Shown in pieces: positions 12,744 through 24,989 of a DNA stretch of 64,000 bases (position 1 is its first letter; each line of letters begins with the position of its first letter). Position numbers and translations under genes: made by a program. The DNA comes from Spongospora subterranea f. sp. subterranea (taxonomy: Eukaryota), in assembly GCA_049724395.1 (NCBI GenBank), contig JAUGWO010000063.1, positions 62,001-126,000 on the forward strand, read 5' to 3'. The notes under the pieces are model-generated. The model had not been told where the DNA came from, searched no databases, and was given only the letters and a program-made list of their open reading frames with translations.

Positions 12744-13210
12744 GAGTTTGCTATGAGGAGATTCTGACCCAGAACCTCGAAGCCCTGTCGACCCAAACAT
12801 GCATTTTTACCGATGTGGCTCCTGCAAATCTGAACGTCCGATGTTGTCTTGGTTGAAAATAAGAAAGTTCAATTTTCTATCAACATAACATCGCAGGTCA
12901 ATCCCTTGTTACCATTGCAGAGATTAAAGAGAATATCGGATCTCAATCCAGTGCCATGAATTGAGTTTGATTTGTTGCACAATCGAGTTTGCTATGAGGA
13001 GATTCTGACCCAGAACCTCGAAGCCCTGTCGACCCAAACATGCATTTTTACCGATGTGGCTCCTGCAAATCTGAACGTCCGATGTTGTCTTGGTCAATTC
13101 TCTATCAACATAACATCGCAGGTCAATCCCTTGTTACCATTGCAGAGATTGAAGAGAATATCGGATCTCATTCCAGTGCCATGAATTGAGTTTGATTTGT
13201 TGCACAATCG
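12744..13210. repeat. Near-perfect tandem duplication, 241-bp period
   Basis: gagtttgctatgaggagattctgacccagaacc...gttgcacaatc starts at 12744 and again at 12985; the second copy lacks about 15 bp (gaaaataagaaag region). Confidence 0.95.
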
Positions 13211-13312
13211 GGTGTTCCTTCGTTTCGCTAAAAACGGAAACTTTCCAGAATTTAAACGATTATCGTGATCTTGCCTTGAAAATATACAGTGATGCTTCGC
13301 CAAGAAAATCAA

Positions 13313-13478
13313 GATGTCTGCTCATCATGTAACATCTGTGACTCTGAAACACTGATATATTTTTGTTGTGTCTGCTCATCATGTAACGTAACCCCTTCTG
13401 TGACTCTGAAACATTGATATCTTGTTACTGTTACCCTTCTCACTGAGATGTCGGCTCCTCATGTAACATCTGTGACAG
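13313..13478. repeat. Degenerate short tandem repeats (tgtctgctcatcatgtaac...tctgtgactctgaaaca)
   Basis: Three imperfect copies at about 13315, 13369 and 13449. Confidence 0.75.
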
Positions 13479-13601
13479 TAAAACAAAACCGGAAAGCCCC
13501 AGATTCACAAAAACTCACTATTTCTACCGATTAATATTGTGTTGGGATTTTCGGACTTTGATTATAAAACTGATCGCCATTCTATCTTGTCTTACCATTC
13601 A

Positions 13602-15723
13602 ATGACGACGCATTCGAGTTCAAGCACCTCACTTTCAGAAGTCGATCAAGAAACAATGGCGCAATTGGACATAAGTAGCATTAATATATTTAAATCCTTT
13701 TAATCGGGGAATGTAAACGTGGCGGATTGGACGCAGATCAGAGAAAGCTGTAGATGTGCTGTTGCTGTCAGCGGGACACATCTGTCGGAGTCAGCCTTTG
13801 ACAGCTTGTTCAAACGTGTGGTTGAAAAGTTGCGTCCTCGCCATAAAGAGGATTTATTCCAGCTTGGTCCTTTTGTCAAGCGGGCATCACTAGAGGCCAT
13901 CAATTACTCTGAAAAGATACCTGGAAATGTTGATGTGTATCGTGCTGTACTTCTATCCGATTACGGTATCGTCCATGATCGGGTGTTTCGGGAACATGAT
14001 CTTTATTCCGTGATGGCCATGAAACACGATGTACCTGCTGTGAACGTCGATCTTCTCACCAAGGTCGATCATCCTGCCGCTGTGAGCCTGTCTCACATTG
14101 ATATTGGAGCATTATTAAAAACATTCCAACGAGGAGGCCAGATGGATTTTGGTGGTCAATCTTGTGAAGTATTGCGACATTTCCCTATTTGGCAAACCGG
14201 AAATACAATATCACGTCAGGTTATGGGATCCACTCCTACGAGCATGTATGTGTGCATTCTTGCCGTCCAACATTGCATGTAAAGTCGAGTTTCCTCTACT
14301 CAAGGCACTTCGTGAGTAGGTACCCTGCGCAGCATGATATTGATCTCGTCTTTAGGGCCAGGGGTCAAGGCACCAAAACACATTCCATTCCCTTTTTGTT
14401 TGTTGAAATTTCTGCCCACCAAGTCGAAACTGGCGATCGCAAAAACTTACGAAAAATGGCACCCGACATGGTGTCACCCGTAATTGGCCACTGCAAGAAC
14501 AAGCCAAATTACGTGTGTATGGGCTTTATATTGGCGGAACAAAGTTCGTACCCTGTGTTATTGTTCCTTTAATCCAATCTGGAGGCGTTGTCAATGATGT
14601 TTTACTCGAATCGGGAGTGGACGTATAAGCTGGCGATGGGGTCTTCTCCAACAAACAACATCACAGACGAAGCAGCGCCCAACATTGACTCCTCCAGTAT
14701 TGATTTGTCAGATATTTTTGCTCAAGCTGATGCGATCGACATCGACGCCCTTGATAAGTTTGAGATTGCGGCGGCGAAGAGGGCCCATTCGATCTTGTTT
14801 CAAGATGGTTCATATCAGTCCATAGAAAAATCACCAACACCACTGTGGCAATTTGTGAGACTGTTCGCCGGTATGAGACGCTTTCGAACATGTTGACGTC
14901 TGGTGGTAGCAACGACATGTTCCCAAACCCGACATTATCTGAATCCTCAATCATCAAGATGAACCCATTCATCTAGGACGCTTCAAAAGGACCAATCGAT
15001 TTCGCAAATTGCCGAGGGAGTCGGGACCATCAGATAATGAAAGGACGTCGTTGATCAACATGAAACTGCATGATGGAGCTTCAGTGGTTGTGAAGCAGAA
15101 GCCCAAGAGCACACCGCAAGAAGCGCTCTTGCTCTTGTCGGCACAAGGGCCCGGCATCATCATCCTTCATGATTGGCACGAGCGGCAGCCTCAAGGCGTT
15201 GTTTTTACTGAAGAAGTGAAGATGTACTTGTGGAAGGTTTATCGGTCAAGGAATTGGGCATGTTGGCGATTCGATTGATGGTCGATGGACTTGATGCGCT
15301 CGATACTCTTTCTCGTGCTGGCGTTGTTCATCGTGATATCTCTTCAAATAACCTACTGTATTCTCTGTCTGCTCAGGAGTCGCGCTTAACCGATATTGAT
15401 TGTGCATCGCTTGGACCTGGAATCGCACATAGAGTGTTTGGGACTGACGGGTACATTGCCGACCGAATCGCTCACATCGCTATCGTACACGGGCGAATCG
15501 GATATTTGCGGCGCCGGTATGGCAGCGAGGTTCTAATTGTTTCAAATCGAGGACGTGTACTGCAACATGTCTGAATGATCGTCATTTGGGGGATTTGCTG
15601 GCAGTGCTGCAAGGCGCGACCTGTTTTCTCATGTCCGAACGTCCTGGTGATCGTCGTTTGTCGCAAGCATTGCGTCTGTTCAATACAACGCGACATTCCG
15701 AATGGAACATAGAACATCAATAA
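13602..15723 (+). pseudogene. Decayed restriction-endonuclease-like + protein kinase gene (Crinkler/CR-effector or FunK1-like architecture)
   Basis: In-frame TAA at 13701 plus several frameshifts. PD-(D/E)xK-like segment HDIDLVFRAR...PFLFVEISAH; kinase motifs VVVK, HRDISSNNLL, LTDIDCA, GTDGYIA. Confidence 0.65.
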
Positions 15724-15999
15724 CGGAGTTATTAAGCGGTCGCGACTTACAGTCTGAAGAATGTGCGTCATCTGGGCATGCATGATCTACAACTGCTGAG
15801 TGTTAAAACTGCAACCCGCTTCTCCCGGCCCGGCCTTCTAGTAACAGATATTTCCCAGTGTGGCTCAGCCATAGCTAACTTCAGTCACTTATTCAACGCG
15901 TCCGGTCCGTGGACACCCCAAATTGGTCGGTGGACAGTGGAGACCCCTGGTACGCATTTTCTTATAAATCACACAATTATACATTACCAGACGCCTTTA

Positions 16000-17751
16000 C
16001 CGTAAACCCCGGAGAGCTAGCCCCCCTCAATGTACATACGCGGCCTCTCTTTTGTATATAGGGGGGGCCAGCTATACGGGAACTTCAACCACACTTGTTT
16101 TGGCGCCAAATTAATGCTGGCGTTACAACCCTCTGCTCATTGTGATTCCAACCTTACAATTATTTACCAAAATGAAGCGCTACTTCCCATGGAAGATCAA
16201 GGAACACATTATCAGCGAGGCGTATTCCAGAGAAGGTCTTATAAAGTCAACTGCCAGGAAGTACAATGTCTCGCCAGCACAGATACGTCGATGGCGAAAT
16301 CAAAAGGCTAGCCTGACAACCGACATCCAAGATATTTCCCACCTCAAGACTCTTAACAATGGGCGTACTCCAACAAACGTTGAATGCTATACTCAGTTGA
16401 ATACTTTTATGACAGACCGACGAGAGCGAGATCGTTTGATAAGGGTTGGAATGTTATGTCGCGAACTGAAAAGGTTATCACCTGATGACCCTGCCACTAT
16501 GGACGTTCTTCGAAAGCGAATATATAGATTTTTGGCTAAAGAAAAGTTTGTCACTGACCAATGCGAAAGTATTTAAAGTCCCACAGTTTTTGTATCACCA
16601 ACGTCGTGCCACACATGTTGCGCAAAATACCCGATACAGGCAAGACCACATCAACCAGTTTGTTGATTACGTCAAAGAGCAAGTAAAACGGTCGAAACTT
16701 GATCCGGATAGTGTCGTTACTATTGACGAAACTAATGTGGATTTTGATTTGAATGGGAACGTTACTTTAGCTCCGAAAGGTTCTCGAACAGTGAGCGTAC
16801 GAACGACAGGTTCTTCACAGCGTGTCACTGCGTTGCTCGGCGTGACGATGTCCGGTATCAAGCTCAAGCCATTTCTAATTTTCAAGGGCAAACCTGGCGC
16901 ACGAATAATGAGAGAGTTCACGCAAATGAACTATCCCTCATCCATCGTCTGCACTGTCCAAGAGAGCGCCTGGATTGACCAGAGCACATTCTCGCAATGG
17001 ATTGACAAATTTTGGAAAACGTTTTGTGAAAACAAAAAATCGACTTATCTCTGATCATGGACCAGTGCATGGTGCACTTGATGAATTCTGTAGTGACCCA
17101 ACTCCAATCCTGTGGGACGGATGTTGAATTCATTTTGGCTGGGTACACAGCAAGGTTACAAGTCTTGGATGTTGGTGTAAACAAACCATTCAAAGACTAT
17201 TTGAGGAACGAGTACGAGGTTTTCATGTTGAACAATAGCGAAAACAAGGCCCCCAGCAGACTATGGATTGCACGAGCATGGGAATGTATCACTATGTCGA
17301 CCATTGTAAACACTTGGAAAGGTATAGGATTTCAAGAATAAATTTATTATTCGTTTGAAGGTATTACATTCAGTAAACGAAAGGACGCCATTCCTTTGTT
17401 GCGATGGCTTTTGTTTCGCTTGGCGCCGTTGTCAGACTCGTTATACAATTGCAGAATTTGTCTTCATAGTCGTCTTTCGATCTTGCGACGATGTTTTTTG
17501 GACTCGGCAGCTCTGGACGCCGTCGCGGATTCGATAGCATGCCACATCGTCTTCAACGGGTTCCTTCTGAAGTGCAAAGTATGGTATGCTTAAAGAGAAC
17601 AAGCATTTCTGATTCTAAATATTCACCACACACTCTGTGTGACTCACAAGAACGCCCATGGGAAGCGTCGTGCAGCCCAACGATTTGACCCAATCGCCAA
17701 CATCAGTCATTTCTGTGGAAGATGTACATCAAGGGGGGCCAGCTCACACGG
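16000..17751 (+). mobile_element. pogo/Tc5-type (Tc1-mariner superfamily) DNA transposon with a frameshifted transposase
   Basis: HTH (TARKYNVSPAQIRRW), CENP-B-like HTH, RRATH, and DDE_1 motifs IDET, KLKPFLIFKG, QESAWID, IMD, LQVLDVGVNKPFK. Imperfect TIRs: ccgt..gagctagcccccctcaatgtacat versus the reverse complement of the right end ccgtgtgagctggccccccttgatgtacat; TA flanks at 15998-15999 and 17752-17753. Confidence 0.9.
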
Positions 17752-17775
17752 TATTCACAATTGTTCGGCAATCAC

Positions 17776-19381
17776 TTACAGCGACACCGCCCCTATTGGT
17801 GTTGAGTCTATCGAACTACATGATCGGCGATTGTGACCAGAGCGGCCACATAAACCACAAACACGTTGTCGTCGTTCAGCATTCTCGAAACCAGAAGAAT
17901 CTCTCCGTGTCGAAGATACAGGACCCAACCGAGCGACTGACCCTTGAGGTCGTCCTCGAGCGGTAACTTGTTCTGGATTTTGAATGAAGTTTGTATCTCG
18001 TTGTATGCTTGTTAAAACGTTGACGCCTTCCTGTATAACTCGCTGGCGATGAGGTGGCAACGATTGGTAAGTTGCATCCAGTTCCGACAGAGCTTGAGCA
18101 AACGTCTGTGGACTATCTTGTAGAGAAACTCCAACAGGAATGCTCAGTCGCCAATGACAGTGAAAATCTTGGGGGTTTAGCACAGAGTTTTGTCGTATAA
18201 GCTCTTTCATCATATGAGAACACGGGATTCCCATCGTCGGCGTCCAAAACAAGGAATAAAACATTGGAGCAATGATCGTCACCAGATAGCTTTTTTGCCT
18301 TCTCATATTCCTTGTGAGCTTTGCGCAGCGCAAACTGTGAAATCTCTCGGTTGACATTCCCCCCAAACGGGATTTGATGGGTCAGTAGCGCATTCGATTT
18401 GTCATACTCGATTTTTTGGGAAATAGAGTGGAGATGATGATCTACTGCTACACAAATCTTGCTGTAAACACTTTTGAGGTCACCGGTGGATACCCGGATC
18501 CACGATTTCAGCGATGAGTGCATACCTTCAACTCGAGAAGTTGCAGTGTTCCCAAAATGCAGATAATGTTTAGTCCAAGCGGTATCAAACATCTCCTGAT
18601 GAGGAAGCCATGTTTCCTTGAGGTATCTGATCACTGCAGCAGGATACTCCAATTCTAGGTTGGTTAGTTCTGTTTGAGAGACGGCTTGATCAACTGAGTA
18701 AATTACGTTTGTCCAGTCCCTCAAGAACTGCTGGAAAGTGTCGTTGTTCACGAAATGCCTTTTCGTCTTGGCTAGTACATTCTTCTGAATATGCCAAATA
18801 CATAATAACAATATGGTCGGGTTCGCAAACGAGAGTTCACTCCAGATGGCATTGATTAGTGCTAATTCCCGGTCAGTCACGTATACGTTTGGAAATGCGT
18901 CTTGTCGAAATACATTCCGAAGTTGTCGCAAGGCCCATTTATAATCCTGTTCGGTTTCACTTCTCATAAACACGAAACAGATTGAAAAAGACATGTTAAC
19001 CGGAGTGACGCCGACAACGTGCAGTAAAGGCATCCGAAAACTAAGAGAACGGCTGAGTTTTAGCGGGAGAAGCAGGTAAACTTTTACCGATTGGTTTTGT
19101 AAGTAGCATCAATGAGAACGGTATGGTGATATTGCCTCGCCAGTTTGATCGAAGAAAACGGTGCGAAGAAGAGATGAGTTATACGAACGGTGATCGTCGT
19201 ATTGGTAAGAATGCAATACGATATCTGTGATTAACTGGTCTAGTAATGCCTCAATGGGGCTTCTTCCTGATAATTCTGATGTCCTTATTCGCTTGACAAT
19301 ATTGTAGACGTCCTGGGAAATCACGGCTAATCTGACGCCCTGCTCAAGCCATGTCATCCGACGGTGAGAGAAGCATAACAC
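17776..19381 (-). mobile_element. Mutator/MULE (FAR1-like) transposase relic, frameshifted, with one intron
   Basis: VLIDATYKTNR|FRMPLLHVVG, VTDRELALINAI, LLCIWHIQKNV, HFGNTATSRVEGMHSSLK, and C-terminal zinc knuckle CGLCGRSGHNRRSC; GT-AG intron at about 19041-19087. Confidence 0.9.
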
Positions 19382-19404
19382 TCAGCGAATCGAAGCACAG
19401 AAGA

Positions 19405-20300
19405 CGTAATGATATCAAGTACAAGCGTCAAATCATAGAGGAAGTTGAAAATTTCCTCAGCTTGTCAAAACAAAACAAGTAGAAGATGAGCAGAGCGTTT
19501 GCAGCTGAACATGTTGCTGGAATGTCTAACCTTTCACCTGAAACAGTCCCAAAATGGATTAAACATGCTGAATATATACGCGTCCACGCTTCTGACGAAG
19601 GCGAGTTGAAGAAGTCAACGTTCGTTTGCGCGAAGAAGTCGTTGCTCGTGAGGTTCGTGCGCGAAGAAAGCAAGGTTGGGGAGCTTCCATCGAATGAATG
19701 GGAATGGTTGTATGATCGTTTTATTGACCCGGAAGCAATTCATAGGTACAAAAGTTGAAAAAGATTGGGTTATGAGAACCGCAAGAATCGTTCTCAAACA
19801 GCCGAACGTGGCTCAGCCAGATCACGTCGAGCATATAATCCCTTCGACCTCGTGGTATTACACAGGCTTTTTGACAAGGCAGGGTTTCTGAAAACGGCAG
19901 TCCAGTAGTAATCGGAAACAACGAGACGCTGGAAGCTTCAAGGAAGACGTCTTTCTGCTTTCATCAAGAGCTGTAGAACCAGTATGCATCCGCACTGATT
20001 ATTATTCCCTCTGTATTTGATTTCGATCAGTTTGCCAAAAAAATCTATGCGAACAAGTTGTATGAGTCAGACCAATGCAATGTCCCTTTGCCATTTGATT
20101 GCGATGACAATACAAGAACTCTAGATGGTTACTGGGTGTGAACGAGTGTGGGTGTGCCAACCTAGGCCTGGCTTAGACGAACGACAAGCTCCGGTACATC
20201 TAGATATGTGTGCTGCTCGCGATGGGACTCAGCCCAAACCAATCGCGGTTTTCCGAGGTCAAGCTACAAACATGATGCAGTCTGGAACACCTTCAAAATG
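19405..20300 (+). mobile_element. Second, heavily degraded pogo-like transposase relic
   Basis: HTH-like N-terminus, PSTSWYYTGFLTRQGF, DQ..VPLPF, and GCERVWV...DERQAPVHL...DGTQPKPIAVFRG resembling the DDE_1 N-terminal part; many stops. Confidence 0.6.
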
Positions 20301-20421
20301 GGTAACTCGCGAGGAATTCTATTTCACGTCTAAATCTTGCTAGGATGACGCCTTATTTCAACGCTCTCCTGGGTTGAAAAGGATGTCGCTGTTCAAGTCG
20401 TAGAGATGTACGGCCAAGGTC

Positions 20422-21159
20422 TTGCTTTTGCCAAGCATTGCAGTCTCCTCATCAGACAGAAGAAAAACAGCAGTTTGCCCAGATTGTGGTAAATCCCTAA
20501 CAAAGGGGAGCTCTTTGTCACGTCATCGGTCTCGATGCGCCTCGAATTCAAAGCCAGCAAAACTGACGATCTTCAGCTGCCCCTACTGTGAGGAGACGTT
20601 CGACAGTTTCAATTTATTTGAAGGCCATCTTCTAAAGGTTGGCCTTCAGGAAATGACCCTGTAAATTTTAATTCAAACGACGCTAAAATTTTGACTCTGC
20701 AGTTTGATCCAGAATCTCCTCTAAATTTCGACAGCGTAGCAGCAGAATTCGAATCGTGGAAGGATTATTTCGGCAACGCTCAATATGTCACGTTCAGTAA
20801 TCAGTTTCTCTGCGATACAAACAAAATACACAAAACGTTAATCTGCCCGAGATCCTGCTAGACTGCTAATAGTCTCAAACAGCACGTTTTGGGGGATGCT
20901 GAAAACGAGAATTGCCGGCCGTCCCGAAGCAAAGCGTCGTGCGAACTGGAGGAAGCATGTTTGTCTCGTATTTGCAGAGACCGCCGGTGTATCCGTCCGA
21001 TTTGTTCTTCCAGGACACGATCATGATCATGCTCAAGAACTGCAATTTCTACATTTTTCGGATTGTATTAGTCGGAAAATCACGATGCACCTGTTCAACA
21101 TGGTTGACGAATATCAATCGTTCGCTCCATCAATCAATCGTTACGCCATGCCGAGGTAA
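20422..21159 (+). mobile_element. C2H2 zinc fingers plus a WRKY/FAR1-like DNA-binding segment; probable truncated MULE N-terminus
   Basis: CPDCGKSLTKGSSLSRHRSRC and CPYCEETFDSFNLFEGHL, then F.S..AEFESWK...LICPRS...GHDHDH..ELQFLH; stops and frameshifts. Confidence 0.5.
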
Positions 21160-21602
21160 GCGAGACCGAGCTCTTCTGCTTTGTCAGCTTTTTGTGTTAA
21201 TCAGTCTTCTTCTCGGAGTGATTGGGTTATCATTAAAGACGTCCGAAACCGAAAAGCTCCCCCGAGGGAACGATGCTGTTCGTACTGATATAAACATCAT
21301 GGCGATGCACCAAGAGAACTATAAACCAGCCCTTGGTATATAAGCCTAGGTTTACACAACGTTCAAATTTTACTGTCGTTGAAATCATTGATTTGATTTT
21401 GACCTGCTGATCAGCTGCTGGAATCGCAGACGAGACAGAACTTGGATTCCTTCGCCAAGAGTTCTTCCTTAATTCAAACCAAGTTTATGAGCGAAATGTT
21501 TATTAAATACGTGAGATTAAAACGAGATATCTTAGATCTTACTGTTAGCTTCTGTCAGATATAGAATATGTAATTCTTGAAGCCAAATAATTTTCATGAA
21601 CA

Positions 21603-21687
21603 GCCAATGTGGCCGAGTGGTTAAGGCGAACGTCTTAAGCACGTTTGTGGCGGAAGCTGCGCGCGAGTTCGATCCTCGTCGTTGGCA
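21603..21687 (+). tRNA. tRNA-Leu (anticodon UAA)
   Basis: Acceptor stem GCCAATG/CGTTGGC+A; D-arm TGGCCGAGTGGTTAAGGC; anticodon stem AACGT-ctTAAgc-ACGTT; long variable arm; T-loop GTTCGATC; a T-run (Pol III terminator) follows. Confidence 0.95.
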
Positions 21688-22561
21688 AATTGATTTTTTT
21701 TTTAAAATACTGTCCAGTCAACAAGTCACTATCGGACTGGATTCTTCTATTTTTAGCTCCCATCGTCGGCTCATTTGTGTCATTGGCCCATTCACAGCAG
21801 CTCCCTGATACTTTCTCAATGTCAGGAACAAGACGTTGAGGGTATCCTTTAGCAGACTTTGTGCCTTCGTATTGCTCTCCGACCTTCAGTTGTGATGTGG
21901 CCATGTGCACTTGCTTGGCATTGGCGTTTTTTGCTCTGAGATCAATACGGCGGCAGAATATGCTGATATTCTCGACTAAACCTGAGCAAGAATGGAGAGG
22001 AACCGTGTGCTAGCACTTGAGACCGATTTGCCAACAATAGATCCACACATTTGCAATGGACTTCTGACCTCAACGTCCATTGCAACGCCCGAGTCACTGG
22101 ATTGGTTTCAGGCCGTGCAGAGACTTGACAAGCCGCCAAACGAGCCCTGACTCTCTTTCGTCGTTCAAACCTATTGAATCGATTTAAGACAAACTGCATA
22201 TAATGGGCTAGGTTGAATGCAGCAATGTCCGGGTTGTATTTATGTGATAATCGCACAGGTAAAAGTTTCCATGATATTGCATCGCGTTTTTATCAGCATT
22301 TACATGAATTTTTCGTTTTTCCTTGTTTTACAGATTCTTTGGTTTAATTTTTTCCAATTTTCATCCTTTTCATACATTGCGTACGTTTTGATTGTTTGCT
22401 GATTCATTGTGTCCATTTGCTAAAATACTACGTACTCCTACTTGGTAGAATCGGTTGACATTTCTGATGACGTGGACCTTGGTCCTCTTATATTGTGACC
22501 CATTTTGCCCTCCCGACATCGCAAGTTTGGCGACAATAAAACAATCTATTTTGATGTTTAA

Positions 22562-23692
22562 TTACAATTTAGGAGATACAAGGGAACCTCCATCAACGGG
22601 GATTAGGGCGCCAGATACGTAGCTACTGGCTCGTGACGAAAGATACCTAGCAACAAGTAAGTTCGCTGAAAAAAAAAACGCATCGGCTTTACAGGACAGC
22701 ACCGGCGATGTCTTCAGGTTTTCCTAATCGACCTACGAAAATCAGAGATCGTTAATCAGCTATTCGATCAGAAAAACTTCGTACCTGTCGGCACAGATTG
22801 CAGAATCATTTTTTCTACAGGCTTGAAAGTTCCAATCGTCATATCAGTATAAAAGGGACCCTTGGTTAAAATCATGAAACAGTGCTTGACAACGAAATTG
22901 AAAACTCACAGGAAGAATTGCATTGACATTAATTCCTTTTGGGGCAAGTTTGCTGGCTAGCGTTTTTGTTAAGTGGTGAAGAGCAGCCTTGCTGGACGAA
23001 TATGCATAGGTCTCCATGGCCGAAACCGACGCACCTGGACAAACAATCAGGAAAGCTCTAGATGCGTTGTTTGTCGTTGCACCGTTGATAGAGCCGATAT
23101 TGATGATCCTGCATGGATCATCGGGCTTTACTGATCTTTCCATTAGCGGCAATAAAAGGCGGGTCAGGGTGAAAACGCCGAAAACGTTAAGCTGAAACAC
23201 CTTTTCAAACGCTTTGTGAGGGTAGGTAGCCAGCGACTCTCCTAATTAGAACGCATTGAATGTCGACATCAGGAAAATCAAGTATAAATGTTTTCCGGTT
23301 TTTGTAAAATTACAGAATCTTGGTATTTTATGAGAAAAGCAAACAAAAAGAGTGCCACGGTTTCTCGAAAATTTCCAATACTCGTTACCCCAATTGCAGC
23401 CTGAATTGTTGACCAAAATATGCAGCATGCGGTTTTGAGCTGACATCAATTTAGCAATTCGCTCGCATTCCGATTCTTGGCTCAAATCGGCTGCAAACGA
23501 TTCGGCCGTGCCCGGACCGCACGCTGACAGTTCAGCGGCGAATTTCGCACATTGTTCGGCCTTCCTGGACACAATGATGACGTGGGCGCCGTTGACGACC
23601 AGCGCCCTGCTAATCATCGCCCCAATTCCTCGCGCCCCGCCCGTGACCAACGACGTCTTGCCGCGAACGTCGAACAACGAACACAGCTCCAT
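22562..23692 (-). CDS. Short-chain dehydrogenase/reductase (RhlG/FabG-like), multi-exon
   Basis: TGGARGIG Rossmann motif, LVNNSG, INIGS, catalytic YSSSK, INVNAILP, and C-terminus YVSGALIPVDGG. Confidence 0.93.
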
Positions 23693-24989
23693 TCAAAGAA
23701 CCAAAATGATTTTATGATTCGGACGAGATACACCAAGTGGCAGTTAAATAAGTCACGTGGTGACGTTACCCCCCATGATGTGAAGGGTAACGCAATCAAG
23801 TGAGTCCTTCAGGGTCAATTGCAGTTATACGTTTCGTGTCGTCTGTGACTGGTGTCGTACTGGGTAACGGCAACGGTACGACGGGCAGAGAAGGAATCAA
23901 CGTTGCTGTGCAGATTGTCAGGGGACAACATGCCAGCCTACACACACCGTCGGACGCCACTCGACATCATCGGAATTGTTCTGCCCAGTGGAACGACGAG
24001 ATAGCATAAAGAGCATCCGCCTGGGCATGGCTCAGGGTCTCGGTATTATCGGCAAGAAACTGGCGCTGGTGTGATACTGAATGGGATGCGGATTGGTACT
24101 GTAGAATGGACCGTAGAAACCTACGATGTATTCGTGTTTGTGAAATCATGTCGTGAGAGCGACAATTGCTTGACGGCGCCCAAGAATCTTGCCCGGTTGA
24201 TATCGTGGGCGATTGAGCGACTTGATATTGCCGGGACATGGCCAACAGTTTCCTCATACCGCGCCCCTCGCCTATACCCAATGGATATTCGACCGCGTTG
24301 TGGAATAAATATTGTTTCAGCGGTCGGTGTCAAGTTTACATCCGCCCTGCACCTATCGGGCCAGTACTTCCCCTAAACTCACAGCGTTATTCGCCAACCT
24401 GCAGAGATAGTGAGCAGTTTCTGAAACGGCGGAATGGACCAGTCGGATTGATACACAAAATCTACAATAATCAGTCTACAATGCCAGGCAGTATTGTACT
24501 CCATCTGGTAGGCAAAACTTGATGGCAAGGGCATTTGAGTACTATTCCACAGCAGAGCAGTATATGAACGACGACCCCCCGAAGTGATTGCCGAATATCG
24601 AATCGGCTCTGTTGGGAGTTGAACCAATTTCGACCCTGCTGGTACAAATGTCGCTCTATATATTTGTCCGATTCTCGACTTGAATCTGGTGCGATCTTGG
24701 ACCAGTTCGACAATTGCAGTTGTTTTCAGCAAGGCGGAATGAGGTCGTCGATATCGAACTTGCCGACGGTTAGCGCTGTATTGTTTGGACGTATTTCTGG
24801 TGGAATACCCCCGAACGAGCAGCACCTCACCAGATCAGGAATCATATCGACAGAATCGAAGGCCGATGGGCGTTTAACCGGCGCTGCCGTTACAATGCGA
24901 TGGCCGTCGTGATGGCGAACCAGTGTCGTCCAGGCGGTGTCCGTCCATAATTGATCGGGGCGGGGGTCAGAGTCGGGTCCGCTCCGGCC

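Noticed and set aside
22090..22180. Ty1/copia RT-like peptide GLVWRLVKSLHGLK on the minus strand
   Set aside because: Only about 14 residues resemble KSLYGLKQ; no downstream YVDD and no LTRs, so it is not supportable.
23800..24900. Possible gene between the SDR and RagA (GGIPPEIRP, TBC-like)
   Set aside because: No consistent exon chain or further motifs in any frame.
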